A stretch of DNA of 64,000 bases from Dehalococcoidia bacterium. Lineage in GTDB: Bacteria > Chloroflexota > Dehalococcoidia > Dehalococcoidales > JAUXAP01. Positions within the stretch are counted from its first letter, which is position 1. Each line of letters starts with the position of its first letter. Below are positions 9,364 to 18,900 of the stretch, piece by piece. The DNA is taken from the NCBI GenBank assembly GCA_030619865.1, contig JAUXAP010000001.1, forward strand, positions 2,214 through 66,213, written 5' to 3'. The notes under the pieces were generated by a model. It was given only the letters and a program-made list of their open reading frames with translations. It searched no databases and had not been told where the DNA came from. The position numbers and the translations under genes are program-made.

Positions 9364-12300
9364 TTTCTTCTACCTCAGTTTCAGTCGAGTCTTCAACAAC
9401 TGTTTTGGATACTTCACTTTCGGCAACAGGGGTTAGTTCCTTTTCTTCTACCTCGGTTTCGGTTGAACTCTGACTAGCTTTAAGCTCCGCTTCCAATTCA
9501 GGTACTTCAGCAGCTTCCTCAGCAGGGGGCCCCTTCTCTTCTTCACTAATCACCTCAATGGCAAGCCCTAAGCTTTGCAGCTCCTTAACTAGAACCTTAA
9601 ATGATTCTGGCACACCAGGTTGGAGAATGCTCTCATTCTTAACTATAGCCTCATAGGTTTTGGCCCGACCGGTCACATCGTCTGACTTAATAGTCAGAAA
9701 TTCCTGAAGGTTATGAGCAGCGCCATAGGCTTCCAATGCCCATACCTCCATCTCACCAAAGCGCTGGCCTCCGAATTGAGCCTTGCCGCCCAGGGGCTGT
9801 TGGCTAATTAAGGAATAGGGTCCAGTAGAGCGAGCATGAACCTTATCTTCAACCAAGTGAATTAGCTTCATCATATAGATATTGCCCACCGTCACTGGCT
9901 GGTCAAATAGCTCACCACTGCGCCCATCACGGAGTGTAACCTTGCCGATGATAGGTGAGGGAAGATTCCTTTCAGCGCTAACCTTGCTCACAGTTTGCTC
10001 CAGCTCCTGTAGATTAAGGTCCTGACTAGCTACACCCAGATCTTCGAGCCATAGGCGCAGGCAAACCTCCCTTGCCTCTCCCGGATAGTCATCACTGAAC
10101 ACCCTCTCTCCGTCGTAGCCACGGTTTTCAAGCCATGCTTTAGTCAGTTCCACCTGCCCAGTGGTTTTTTCGTTACTAGGATCGAGGCCAGCCGCCCCTG
10201 CTTTTTGAGCTAGCCAAGCCCTAGCCAGAGCATCCTCAATAGCAGTGTCATCGGCACCATCAAAGATAGGAGTAAGTGCCTTGAAGCCCAGTATCTGAGC
10301 AGCCCAACCGAGATGGGTTTCCAGAACCTGGCCAATATTCATACGTGATGGAACACCTATAGGATTGAGAATAATATCTACCGGTGTGCCATCGGGCAGG
10401 AAAGGCATGTCTTCAGCCGGGGCTATGATGGAAATAACCCCCTTATTGCCGTGCCGCCCGGCTAGCTTATCCCCTACTGAAATTCTTCGTTTCTGAGCAA
10501 CCCAAACCTGCACCCATTGGTTAACCCCAGCCGGTAGGTCTTCGCCAGAGAAGACCTTAACATTAATCACTTTCCCCCACTCACCATGGGGTACCCTCAG
10601 GGAAGTATCTTTCACTTCTCGGGCTTTCTCACCAAAAATAGCCCGCAAAAGTTTCTCTTCAGCTGACAGCTCAGTCTCACCCTTTGGGGTAATTTTACCT
10701 ACCAGTATATCGTCCGGGCCCACCTCAGCACCAATCCGAATAATGCCATATTCATCAAGCTCACGTAAGCTTTCCTCACCCACATTAGGTATATCTCTGG
10801 TAATTTCTTCGGGACCCAGCTTGGTATCCCGGGCTTCTATTTCGTGCTTCAAAATATGAATAGAGGTAAACTTATCCTCCGTCACCAGGCGATTACTAAG
10901 AATAATAGCATCCTCAAAGTTATAGCCTTTCCAGCTCATAAAGGCGCACCGCACATTTTGCCCCAGAGCCAGCTCTCCTCGGTCGGTAGCCGAGCTATCA
11001 GCTAGAACCTGCCCCGACTCCACCCGGTCACCCTTGCTTACTAAGGGGCGCTGATTAATACAAGTTCCTTGATTGGTACGCACAAATTTCAGCAGTTGAT
11101 ACGCGTCCTTATCACCATTATCCTTGCTAATTACAATCTGCGAGCTCGTAACCGAGGTTACCACCCCAGCATTTTCGGCGAAGAGCACCTGCCCGCTATG
11201 CTTAGCCGCCTCTGTTTCCATACCAGTAGCTACCAAAGGTGCCTCAGGACAAATCAGAGGTACAGCCTGCCGCTGCATATTAGCTCCCATCAGAGCACGA
11301 TTAGCATCGTTGTGCTCTAGAAAGGGTATCAGTGATGTGGCAACACTAACTATCTGCTTGGGTGATACATCCATAAGATCAATTTTATCGGGTGTCTCCA
11401 GTAGGTAACGGTCGCCCAACCTAGCTTCAATTTTTTCTTCTATAAATTGACTATTCTGGTCAAGCTGGGCATTAGCCTGGGCAATAGTATATTTGTCTTC
11501 CTTATCGGCTGACAAGTAAACAACCTCATCAGAGACAAAGGGCACTACTCTTACAATTCTGGAAGGCAACTGAGATAGCTTACTGATATGCCGAGGGGTA
11601 ATGGTAACCCCAGCTTTTACTATAGTCTTACCTTTGTCATCAAGCACCGCCTCCCAGCTTGTTTTACCCACCAATTTGTCATAGTCTGCTGACAAGTAGA
11701 TAACCGCATCGATGAGGGGCACTACCTTTATAGTACTAGAGGCAGGTAGCTTAGATAGCTTTTTGACATGCCGAGAGGTAATGGTAACCCCAGCTTCTAC
11801 TATAGTATCGCCTTTATCATCAAGCACCGCCTCCCGGCTCACTTTACCTAGCAGACCATCATAGGTATTGCTTACTCCGGTAATAACCCAGCGGTATGGC
11901 GTCTCAATAAAGCCATACTGATTAATGCGGCTATAGGTAGCTAGGGAACCGATGAGACCAATGTTAGGTCCCTCCGGTGTTTCAATTGGGCAGATTCTAC
12001 CATAGTGGGAAAAGTGGACATCGCGGACATCAAAGCCGGCACGCTCACGAGAGAGACCTCCGGGCCCCATTGCCGATAAACGACGCTTATGAGTTAGCTC
12101 AGCCAAAGGGTTGGTTTGATCCATAAATTGTGACAATTGTGAGCTACCAAAGAACTCTCTGATGGCGGCCACCACCGGGCGAATATTAAGCAGAACGCTG
12201 GCGGTAACAGCCTCAGTACTGACAAGACTCATACGTTCTCTGGCTACTCGTGCCAAGCGCAATAACCCAATACGAAATTGGTTTTGCATCAGCTCACCAG

Positions 12301-13285
12301 CAGTGCGCACCCGCCGATTTCCCAAATGATCAATATCGTCGGGGGTGTCACTACCATTATTAACCATAATGATGTGCCTGATTATCTCTACAACGTCTTC
12401 TTTACTTAGAACTCGTTGGCTTTCCGGAACCTCAAGCCCTAACCGCTTATTAAGCTTATAGCGACCTACACTCCCCAGGTCATAACGCTGGGAATTGAAG
12501 AACAAGTTATTTATTAGTTTCCGGGCATTTTCAATATTAAGCGGGTCACCAGGACGTAACTTCTTATAGATATCAATCAAAGCCTCAGACTCATCCCTAA
12601 CTAAAGGCTCGCGCTCCATGGTTGATCTGATAAATTGGTGCTCCGAAGAGCTATCCTCCTTGGGGAACAAACTGAGCAATTGCTCATCACTACCATAACC
12701 AATAGCGCGCAAAAGGGTAGTAATAGGAATCTTCCGTTTACCATCTATCTTAGCTGAGATTACATCTCGGTTACTGGTCTCAAACTCTAACCAAGCCCCG
12801 CGACTGGGGATTAGCTTAGCATGGCACAAATTACGGCCACTAGTAGCATCTTCTTCAATGGCAAAGTAGACACCAGGAGAACGGAGTAACTGATTGACTA
12901 CCACCCGTTCAGCACCACTGATAATAAAGGTGCCTCTGGCTGTCATCAAGGGGATGTCACCGAAAAATAGGTCTTGCTCCTTGATTTCCCCCGTGCCTTT
13001 AACCAATAACTTGGCCCTAACATAGAGGGGGACTGAATAGGTCAGGTCTCGCTGACGGCATTCCTGCTCATCTTTCCAGCCATGAGGGATGCGAAATTCG
13101 TAATCCGTGAAGCTCAATTCAAGCCTGCTACCAGCGAAGTCACTGATAGGCGATACCTCCTCCAGTAACCGCTTTATGCCCTCTTCCTGAAACCAGCGGA
13201 ATGAATTTAGCTGAACTTCAATCAGGTTAGGTACGTCTAGCACCTGGGGTAACTTAGCATAAGATTTCCGGGAAATAGGAGGCAT
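9356..13285 (-). CDS. rpoB: DNA-directed RNA polymerase subunit beta
   Basis: Conserved rpoB blocks are present (GFIETPYR, the rif-region [24 protein letters not shown], and GRHGNKGV). The start is set at ATG 13285 ([21 protein letters not shown]). The track ORF extends to TTG 13339 with an unconserved 18-aa extension. Confidence 0.95.
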   Translation of the reverse strand: MPPISRKSYAKLPQVLDVPNLIEVQLNSFRWFQEEGIKRLLEEVSPISDFAGSRLELSFTDYEFRIPHGWKDEQECRQRDLTYSVPLYVRAKLLVKGTGEIKEQDLFFGDIPLMTARGTFIISGAERVVVNQLLRSPGVYFAIEEDATSGRNLCHAKLIPSRGAWLEFETSNRDVISAKIDGKRKIPITTLLRAIGYGSDEQLLSLFPKEDSSSEHQFIRSTMEREPLVRDESEALIDIYKKLRPGDPLNIENARKLINNLFFNSQRYDLGSVGRYKLNKRLGLEVPESQRVLSKEDVVEIIRHIIMVNNGSDTPDDIDHLGNRRVRTAGELMQNQFRIGLLRLARVARERMSLVSTEAVTASVLLNIRPVVAAIREFFGSSQLSQFMDQTNPLAELTHKRRLSAMGPGGLSRERAGFDVRDVHFSHYGRICPIETPEGPNIGLIGSLATYSRINQYGFIETPYRWVITGVSNTYDGLLGKVSREAVLDDKGDTIVEAGVTITSRHVKKLSKLPASSTIKVVPLIDAVIYLSADYDKLVGKTSWEAVLDDKGKTIVKAGVTITPRHISKLSQLPSRIVRVVPFVSDEVVYLSADKEDKYTIAQANAQLDQNSQFIEEKIEARLGDRYLLETPDKIDLMDVSPKQIVSVATSLIPFLEHNDANRALMGANMQRQAVPLICPEAPLVATGMETEAAKHSGQVLFAENAGVVTSVTSSQIVISKDNGDKDAYQLLKFVRTNQGTCINQRPLVSKGDRVESGQVLADSSATDRGELALGQNVRCAFMSWKGYNFEDAIILSNRLVTEDKFTSIHILKHEIEARDTKLGPEEITRDIPNVGEESLRELDEYGIIRIGAEVGPDDILVGKITPKGETELSAEEKLLRAIFGEKAREVKDTSLRVPHGEWGKVINVKVFSGEDLPAGVNQWVQVWVAQKRRISVGDKLAGRHGNKGVISIIAPAEDMPFLPDGTPVDIILNPIGVPSRMNIGQVLETHLGWAAQILGFKALTPIFDGADDTAIEDALARAWLAQKAGAAGLDPSNEKTTGQVELTKAWLENRGYDGERVFSDDYPGEAREVCLRLWLEDLGVASQDLNLQELEQTVSKVSAERNLPSPIIGKVTLRDGRSGELFDQPVTVGNIYMMKLIHLVEDKVHARSTGPYSLISQQPLGGKAQFGGQRFGEMEVWALEAYGAAHNLQEFLTIKSDDVTGRAKTYEAIVKNESILQPGVPESFKVLVKELQSLGLAIEVISEEEKGPPAEEAAEVPELEAELKASQSSTETEVEEKELTPVAESEVSKTVVEDSTETEVEENA

Positions 13286-13472
13286 TCTCTTGTCAGCATT
13301 CGTTGCCGGTATAAAAACCAATCTAGCTCTGCTCCTCAAACAAGCATGCAGAATTTTGCATTAGTGTATTACTAATCACAAATAAGACCTGTGGTTAGTG
13401 GATGGGTATAATGATATAATGATAAATATAATAATAAGGCAAAAACCTTAGGGGACATAATTACAAACTTGT

Positions 13473-13501
13473 ACTATACCACTTATTTTAATACTTGTCA
13501 A
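13473..13501 (-). promoter_or_regulatory. Near-consensus sigma-70 promoter for rpoBC (TTGACA-N17-TATAGT with extended -10 TGG)
   Basis: The minus strand reads TTGACA (13501-13496), a 17-nt spacer ending in TGG, then TATAGT (13478-13473). This predicts a leader of about 180 nt before ATG 13285. Confidence 0.65.
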
Positions 13502-13699
13502 GTCCCCATTTGAATTGGTTCTTTTTCCTAAGCTCAGGCAATATGTGTACCTAATGGTTGACACTCCCAAGACTTTGTGTTAACACTATGAGAATGCTTC
13601 TTGCTTTCCTACAGATAGTAACCTTCTCGCCCTCTTTGATATAAAGAGGCTAAGTTTAATCAGCAGCCCCAGGGTTGCTTAATTAGCGGAGGTGTAAAA

Positions 13700-14335
13700 A
13701 TGAACAAAGTAAAGCAAATCTCCGAGGCAATAGTGCAGCTAAAGTGGGACGAAATCGCTGCGCTGACCAACGAAGCACTGGAAGCCGAAGTCCCAGCACT
13801 GGAGATACTAAACCAAGGCCTGGTGCCGGGAATGTCAGTGGTGGGCACTAAGTTCAGGAATGGTGAGATATTTTTACCTGAGGTGCTGCTTAGTGCCAGG
13901 ACTATGAAGACAGCGCTGGAGATACTGACACCCATCCTGAGCCAGCAGGACACTCCCTCCATGGGCCGGGTGGCCATCGGCACCGTAAAAGGTGACATAC
14001 ACGATATTGGCAAGAACATCGTGGTCAGTATGCTGGAGGGCAATGGTTTTGAAGTGATGGACCTCGGAATTGATGTTGACACAGAGAGATTCGTGGAGGT
14101 GGTCCGCGACAATAACCTACAGATACTTGGGCTATCGGCATTGCTCACCTCTACTATGCCCATGATAGAGGAGACAATAAAGGCACTCGAAAAGGCTGGA
14201 CTCGGGCAAAAGGTGCAGGTGATAGTAGGGGGTGCCCCGGTCACTCAGGCCTATGCCGACCAGATTGGCGCTGATGGCTACGGCGCCGATGCAGTGGCAG
14301 CAGTGGAGAAGGCACGGGACCTTATAGCAACTTAA
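13700..14335 (+). CDS. Corrinoid (B12-binding) protein, MtaC/MtbC/MetH-B12-domain type
   Basis: 211 aa. An N-terminal helical cap plus a Rossmann B12-binding domain with the DxHxxG motif (GDIHDIGKNIV) and a downstream SALLT...GG signature. SD GGAGGTG. Confidence 0.9.
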   Translation: MNKVKQISEAIVQLKWDEIAALTNEALEAEVPALEILNQGLVPGMSVVGTKFRNGEIFLPEVLLSARTMKTALEILTPILSQQDTPSMGRVAIGTVKGDIHDIGKNIVVSMLEGNGFEVMDLGIDVDTERFVEVVRDNNLQILGLSALLTSTMPMIEETIKALEKAGLGQKVQVIVGGAPVTQAYADQIGADGYGADAVAAVEKARDLIAT

Positions 14336-14369
14336 TCACACTAGCTAGAGATGATGGTGAGGTAAAATT

Positions 14370-15428
14370 ATGGCTAAGTACACAAACGCCGAACGGGTTT
14401 TCCAAGCTCTAGAGCGAAAGCAGCCGGACAGAATACCACACTTCGAGCTAACTATAGACCGTAAAATCATCAATAAGATTTTAGCAGGTGCAAGCTACGA
14501 GGAATTTATAGAGCATATGGACTGGGATGCGCTGGTACACCGTGACCGTGACTTCCTCAAGGAGGAGGTGCTCAGTGAGAGCCCCAGGACAACCCGCAAT
14601 GAGTGGGGTGCCGTCAAGCGCTACACCCAAGAAATTAGCCCGATACCTATAGAAGCACCGATAAAGTCCGAGAAGGACCTGGCGAATTACAAACCACCTG
14701 ATCCTGATGAGGAGCACCGCTTTAAACAAATACGACGGTGGGTTAAACGCTACAAGGGGGAGCGAGCTATCGTGGCTGTGGCTACCGACCACAACTCTAT
14801 AACCAGCGACATACTGGGCTTCTCGGAGCGGCTGATGGCTTTCTACACTAACCCGGAGTTAGTGCTTCGTGTACACCAGATAGTGCTTGACTACCAGCTG
14901 CGCTACATAAATAATGCCATCACCGCCGGCGCAGAGATTATCTTTATTGTCGGCGACTGGGCTTACAAGAACGGACCAATGTTCTCACTAGAGCACATGG
15001 ATAAATTTGTGTTTCCCCCATTCAGAGCTATGGTCCAGGAAGCAAAAAAACACGGCGTTTACGTGATGAAGCACACCGATGGCAACTGCTGGTCGTTCTT
15101 GGACGGTATTGTTGAAGCAGGGGTCGATTGCTTTCATCCGATAGATCCCATGGCTGACATGGATATCGGTGAAGCAAAGCAGAAGTACGGAGACGAGCTC
15201 TGTCTGATGGGTAACGTGAACTGCGCAACTACGTTGAGCTTCGGCACTGTAGAGGAAGTACGGCAGGAGACCAAGGAAGTCATACGCAAGGCCGGCCTTG
15301 GTGGGGGACTCATCGTTAGCTCCAGTAACTCCATACACTCGGCCGTCAAGCCGGAGAATTATGTAGAGATGGTGCGCACCATCAGGGAATACGGCAGGTA
15401 CCCCCTAGATATTAAATCGTTGAGTTGA
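14370..15428 (+). CDS. Uroporphyrinogen-decarboxylase-fold (URO-D/MtaA-like) methyltransferase
   Basis: 352 aa. The length and sequence pattern fit URO-D family corrinoid methyltransferases, and it is adjacent to the corrinoid protein. The substrate is not deducible. Confidence 0.7.
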   Translation: MAKYTNAERVFQALERKQPDRIPHFELTIDRKIINKILAGASYEEFIEHMDWDALVHRDRDFLKEEVLSESPRTTRNEWGAVKRYTQEISPIPIEAPIKSEKDLANYKPPDPDEEHRFKQIRRWVKRYKGERAIVAVATDHNSITSDILGFSERLMAFYTNPELVLRVHQIVLDYQLRYINNAITAGAEIIFIVGDWAYKNGPMFSLEHMDKFVFPPFRAMVQEAKKHGVYVMKHTDGNCWSFLDGIVEAGVDCFHPIDPMADMDIGEAKQKYGDELCLMGNVNCATTLSFGTVEEVRQETKEVIRKAGLGGGLIVSSSNSIHSAVKPENYVEMVRTIREYGRYPLDIKSLS

Positions 15429-15492
15429 ACATTACAGGAGCTTACAACCTCTGTTTTTGTGCTAACCAATCGGCTCGCTAAAGGAGAAAACG

Positions 15493-16200
15493 ATGCCCAT
15501 CCTTCATAATGTCCCTTTGACTCTGAGCATCGAGCAATTGCCACGTCGGCAGGGAGTCGGAGAACTTCTAAACCTCCGGCCAGAGATGATAACCCTATTA
15601 CACGAACTGCTAAATAGCGTGGATGAACTTCACCTGTTGGAGCCAGTTATAGCTTATGAATTGCACTCAATAACAGAGATGCAGCATGACCGATTGTGTT
15701 TGAAAGACGGTACAGCGTTTCATGGCCAACTGCTTCCCTCATTCCTGAAAACAGCTAGAGAACTTGCCATTGTGGTCTGCACTATCGGTCCCAGGCTTGA
15801 AGAAAAGGTAACAGACTACTTTAAGCGGGATGAGCCGCTGCAAGGCCTGCTGCTAGATGGTATCGGTAGCACAGCCGTGGATTCCCTTGTCCAGGAGGTC
15901 TGTCAGCTTATAAGGCATGAAGCATCATCCCGCGGTTATGAGGCTAGCAATTCCCTCAGTCCGGGTATGCCTGGCCTGCCTCTTTCAGAGCAGTGGCAGT
16001 TGTTTCAACTAGTGCCTGCAGAGCAAATTGGGGTGCATCTGACCTCTTCAGGAATGATGAGTCCGCGCAAGTCAGCCTCTATGATCATCGGCATAGGACC
16101 AGATATGCCAACCTGGACAGAAGCCCAAGCCTGCGACCGCTGCAGTCTAAAAGAAACCTGCCACTACCGAGTGTATACACATCCAGAGGCCACAACCTAA
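15493..16200 (+). CDS. Stand-alone homolog of the methionine synthase (MetH) activation domain
   Basis: 235 aa. The segment LLLDGIGSTAVDSLVQEVC...SLSPGMPGLPLSEQWQLFQLVPAEQIGVHLTSSGMMSPRKSASMIIGIG and the C-terminal CDRCSLKETCHYR match my memory of Met_synt_B12-type proteins found next to RACE genes. Confidence 0.6.
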   Translation: MPILHNVPLTLSIEQLPRRQGVGELLNLRPEMITLLHELLNSVDELHLLEPVIAYELHSITEMQHDRLCLKDGTAFHGQLLPSFLKTARELAIVVCTIGPRLEEKVTDYFKRDEPLQGLLLDGIGSTAVDSLVQEVCQLIRHEASSRGYEASNSLSPGMPGLPLSEQWQLFQLVPAEQIGVHLTSSGMMSPRKSASMIIGIGPDMPTWTEAQACDRCSLKETCHYRVYTHPEATT

Positions 16201-16215
16201 CAGGAGTAGCTAAAC

Positions 16216-18045
16216 ATGACATCTTATCATATTGATTTCGAGCCAGTGGGTCGGCGAGGAAAATGCCCGGCTGATAAGTGTCTTTTGGATTGCGCACATC
16301 AACTCGGTGTGGGTATTCTCAGCATGTGTGGTGGCCACGGAACCTGCCACTCGTGCAAGGTACAGGTTCTAAGTGGAACTGTCTCGGAGCCAACACCCCA
16401 TGAACAGGAGGCTCTCTCGCCTCAGGAACTGAAGAATGGCTGGCGTCTGGCCTGCCAGACGTATCCCACCAGTGATTGCAAATTGAGTGTGCCGCCCCAA
16501 TCGATGACCACGCCACAACGAATTCAGGTGGAGGGGTTAGAGGTCACTGTTGCTCCCGACCCACCGGTTCGTGCCTACCAGCTTCAGTTACCAGTCTCAT
16601 CTTTATCAGATCCACGGGCCGATAGCGAGCGCCTGCTGGAAACACTGGAGCAACAGCACCAGGTACACTGCAGCATTATTGACATTGATGTCCTGCGGAA
16701 TCTCTCGCCCCAGCTACGATCTTGGAACTGGCAAGCTCAGGCTTCAGTACGTGACAACGAAGTGGTAGCCCTTAGCCCCTGGTCCAGTCACAAACTGGGG
16801 CTAGCCATTGACCTAGGGACTACCAAAATAGCCGGTTATCTTGTTGACCTAGAGAATGGCCAGACGTTTGCCGCCAAGGGAATTATGAACCCGCAGGTCA
16901 GTTATGGGGAAGATATCATCAGCCGCATTACTAGTGCCACAAAATCACCAGTTGAGGCAGCACAAATACAACAGCTTACGGTAACTGCCATCAACCAGCT
17001 AGGTGTTGACCTGTGTGGTGAGGTTAATGCTAAGCCAGAGGAAATCGTTGAGGCAGTGGTGGTAGGCAACACAGCCATGCACCACCTCTTGCTGCGTCTA
17101 CCAGTGGAGCAGCTGGGTCTCTCCCCCTATGTGCCCGCAATTCGTGAGGCCTTGGATATTAAAGCCCGTGATATTGGGCTGCATATAGCATCGGGGGCCT
17201 ACGTACATTTGCTGCCCATCGTAGCTGGCTTTGTGGGAGCTGACCACGTAGCTATGCTGTTAGCTACGGAAGCTTGGCAAGCTGAGGGGCTAACAGTGGC
17301 AATAGACATTGGCACCAACACCGAGGTGAGCCTGGTAAGCGATGGCAAGGTGACCAGCGTCTCCTGCGCTTCTGGCCCTGCTTTTGAGGGAGGGCATATC
17401 AAGTGTGGCATGCGAGCTGCCAGCGGCGCTATAGAACGATTGCTACTAGTAGATGACCAGGTAGAATACCAGACTGTTGATGGAACCCCTCCGGTTGGGC
17501 TTTGTGGCTCAGGCATCCTGGATGCTATGGCCCAGCTCTATCTGGCCGGAGTCATCGATAAGGACGGCAGAATGAAAGATAATCATCCCCGAATGCGTAC
17601 TCGCCAAAAACAACTCGAATTTGTTCTGGTCAGCAAGGACGAACAAGATGGACACCCAGCTATTGTTATCACTCAGCAGGACATCCGAGAACTGCAACTG
17701 GCTAAGGCAGCTATTCGCACCGGTATCCAAGTGCTCCTGGAAACGAACGGCTGCTCTGAAGAAGAAATCAAACAGGTGATAATTGCTGGAGCCTTTGGCA
17801 GCTACATTAATGTGTCCAGTGCGGTAACTATCGGGATGTTGCCATCGCTAGCTCTGGATTGTTTCAGACAGGTAGGAAATGCCGCCGGCATGGGAGCCAA
17901 GCTGGCCCTTGTCTCACGTAGCAAGCGAGCCGAAGCACAGACAGTAGCCCGTCAGGTCGGCTATATCGAATTGGCCACTGCCCCTAATTTTATGCAGACC
18001 TTTGTCCAGGCAACACATATAGGACGCTACAATAGAGGAGGTTAA
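16216..18045 (+). CDS. Reductive activator of corrinoid-dependent enzymes (RACE): 2Fe-2S ferredoxin domain plus ASKHA ATPase (DUF4445)
   Basis: 609 aa. The N-terminal cysteine cluster is CGGHGTCHSCKV...LACQ. The large C-terminal domain has actin-like ATPase motifs (LAIDLGTTKIAGYL, VAIDIGTNTEV, GLCGSGILD). Confidence 0.9.
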   Translation: MTSYHIDFEPVGRRGKCPADKCLLDCAHQLGVGILSMCGGHGTCHSCKVQVLSGTVSEPTPHEQEALSPQELKNGWRLACQTYPTSDCKLSVPPQSMTTPQRIQVEGLEVTVAPDPPVRAYQLQLPVSSLSDPRADSERLLETLEQQHQVHCSIIDIDVLRNLSPQLRSWNWQAQASVRDNEVVALSPWSSHKLGLAIDLGTTKIAGYLVDLENGQTFAAKGIMNPQVSYGEDIISRITSATKSPVEAAQIQQLTVTAINQLGVDLCGEVNAKPEEIVEAVVVGNTAMHHLLLRLPVEQLGLSPYVPAIREALDIKARDIGLHIASGAYVHLLPIVAGFVGADHVAMLLATEAWQAEGLTVAIDIGTNTEVSLVSDGKVTSVSCASGPAFEGGHIKCGMRAASGAIERLLLVDDQVEYQTVDGTPPVGLCGSGILDAMAQLYLAGVIDKDGRMKDNHPRMRTRQKQLEFVLVSKDEQDGHPAIVITQQDIRELQLAKAAIRTGIQVLLETNGCSEEEIKQVIIAGAFGSYINVSSAVTIGMLPSLALDCFRQVGNAAGMGAKLALVSRSKRAEAQTVARQVGYIELATAPNFMQTFVQATHIGRYNRGG

Positions 18046-18048
18046 GTA

Positions 18049-18885
18049 GTGGAAACTAGATTGTCAAGTACCACGAAGGAGGTACTTATTAGCGACAAGG
18101 AGCCGACAATTCTTATCGGCGAGCGTATTAATCCTTCTGGCAAGCAGAAGTTGGTTGCAGCATTACAGGCTGGCAACCTAGAGCTTGTGCGCAAGGAGGC
18201 TCTAGCTCAGGTGCAAGCTGGAGCGGATATCCTCGATGTCAACGTCGGTGCCGCCGGTGTGGATGAGGTGACCCTGCTTCCCCAGGCTGTGCAGGCAGTG
18301 ACGGATGTAGTAGATGTACCCTTATGTCTTGACAGCAGTAATCCCGCAGCCTTAGAGTCGGCCTTAAAAGTCTATCACGGCAAGCCCCTCATCAACTCAG
18401 TCACTGGTGAAGAACACCGTCTGGTGAAGGTTCTGCCTCTGGTCAAGAAATACAAGACAGCAGTCATTGGTCTGACCATGGATGATGAAGGTATCCCGAA
18501 TAATCCAGAGCGACGAGCAGCCATCGCTCATAAGATTGTGGAGCGGGCCGAGGCATCTGGTATCCCCCGTGAGGATATTATCATTGATTGTCTGAGTTTG
18601 TCGATAGGAGCAGATAACGAAGCTGGTCTGGTGACCATCGAAACCATTGGCAAGGTAAAGGCTGAGCTGGGGGTAAACTTGACTCTAGGAGCTAGTAATA
18701 TTTCTTTCGGTCTACCTGATCGTAATTTGCTTAATAGCGCCTTCTTGGTCACGGCTATCATTGCCGGAGTGAACTGTCCCATCGTGGATGTGGCTAAAGC
18801 ACGCCCGATTATCCTAGCTGCTGACCTAATTCTGGGTCGCGATAAACACGCCAGACGTTATATTGAAGCTTACCGCCAACGCTAG
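18049..18885 (+). CDS. Pterin-binding methyltransferase (methyl-H4folate:corrinoid, AcsE/MeTr/MetH-pterin-domain like)
   Basis: 278 aa. GTG start 7 nt after GGAGG. LIGERINPSGKQKL, LDVNVG, LCLDSS, INSV and SNISFGLP are the conserved blocks of the DHPS-like pterin-binding barrel. Confidence 0.85.
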   Translation: METRLSSTTKEVLISDKEPTILIGERINPSGKQKLVAALQAGNLELVRKEALAQVQAGADILDVNVGAAGVDEVTLLPQAVQAVTDVVDVPLCLDSSNPAALESALKVYHGKPLINSVTGEEHRLVKVLPLVKKYKTAVIGLTMDDEGIPNNPERRAAIAHKIVERAEASGIPREDIIIDCLSLSIGADNEAGLVTIETIGKVKAELGVNLTLGASNISFGLPDRNLLNSAFLVTAIIAGVNCPIVDVAKARPIILAADLILGRDKHARRYIEAYRQR

Positions 18886-18900
18886 AGACCAGATAAATCC

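Noticed and set aside
13286-13339. An 18-codon N-terminal extension of rpoB from TTG 13339 ([18 protein letters not shown]).
   Set aside because: The extension is not conserved-looking and has no SD. The RpoB homology begins at [11 protein letters not shown] (ATG 13285). The true start remains unverified.
13502-13699. Looked for a cobalamin riboswitch upstream of the corrinoid protein gene.
   Set aside because: No B12-box-like sequence or multi-stem architecture is recognisable. I see only a weak TTGACA-N17-TAACAC promoter candidate (13557-13585) and a short hairpin, CCTCTTT-GATAT-AAAGAGG.
13660-14244. A 194-aa minus-strand ORF overlapping the corrinoid protein gene.
   Set aside because: It is a Ser/Thr/Pro-rich low-complexity shadow ORF antisense to a gene with clear B12-binding motifs. 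The same applies to the many antisense ORFs listed inside rpoC, rpoB, araB (for example 25507-26130), dnaK, carB and the surface-protein genes.
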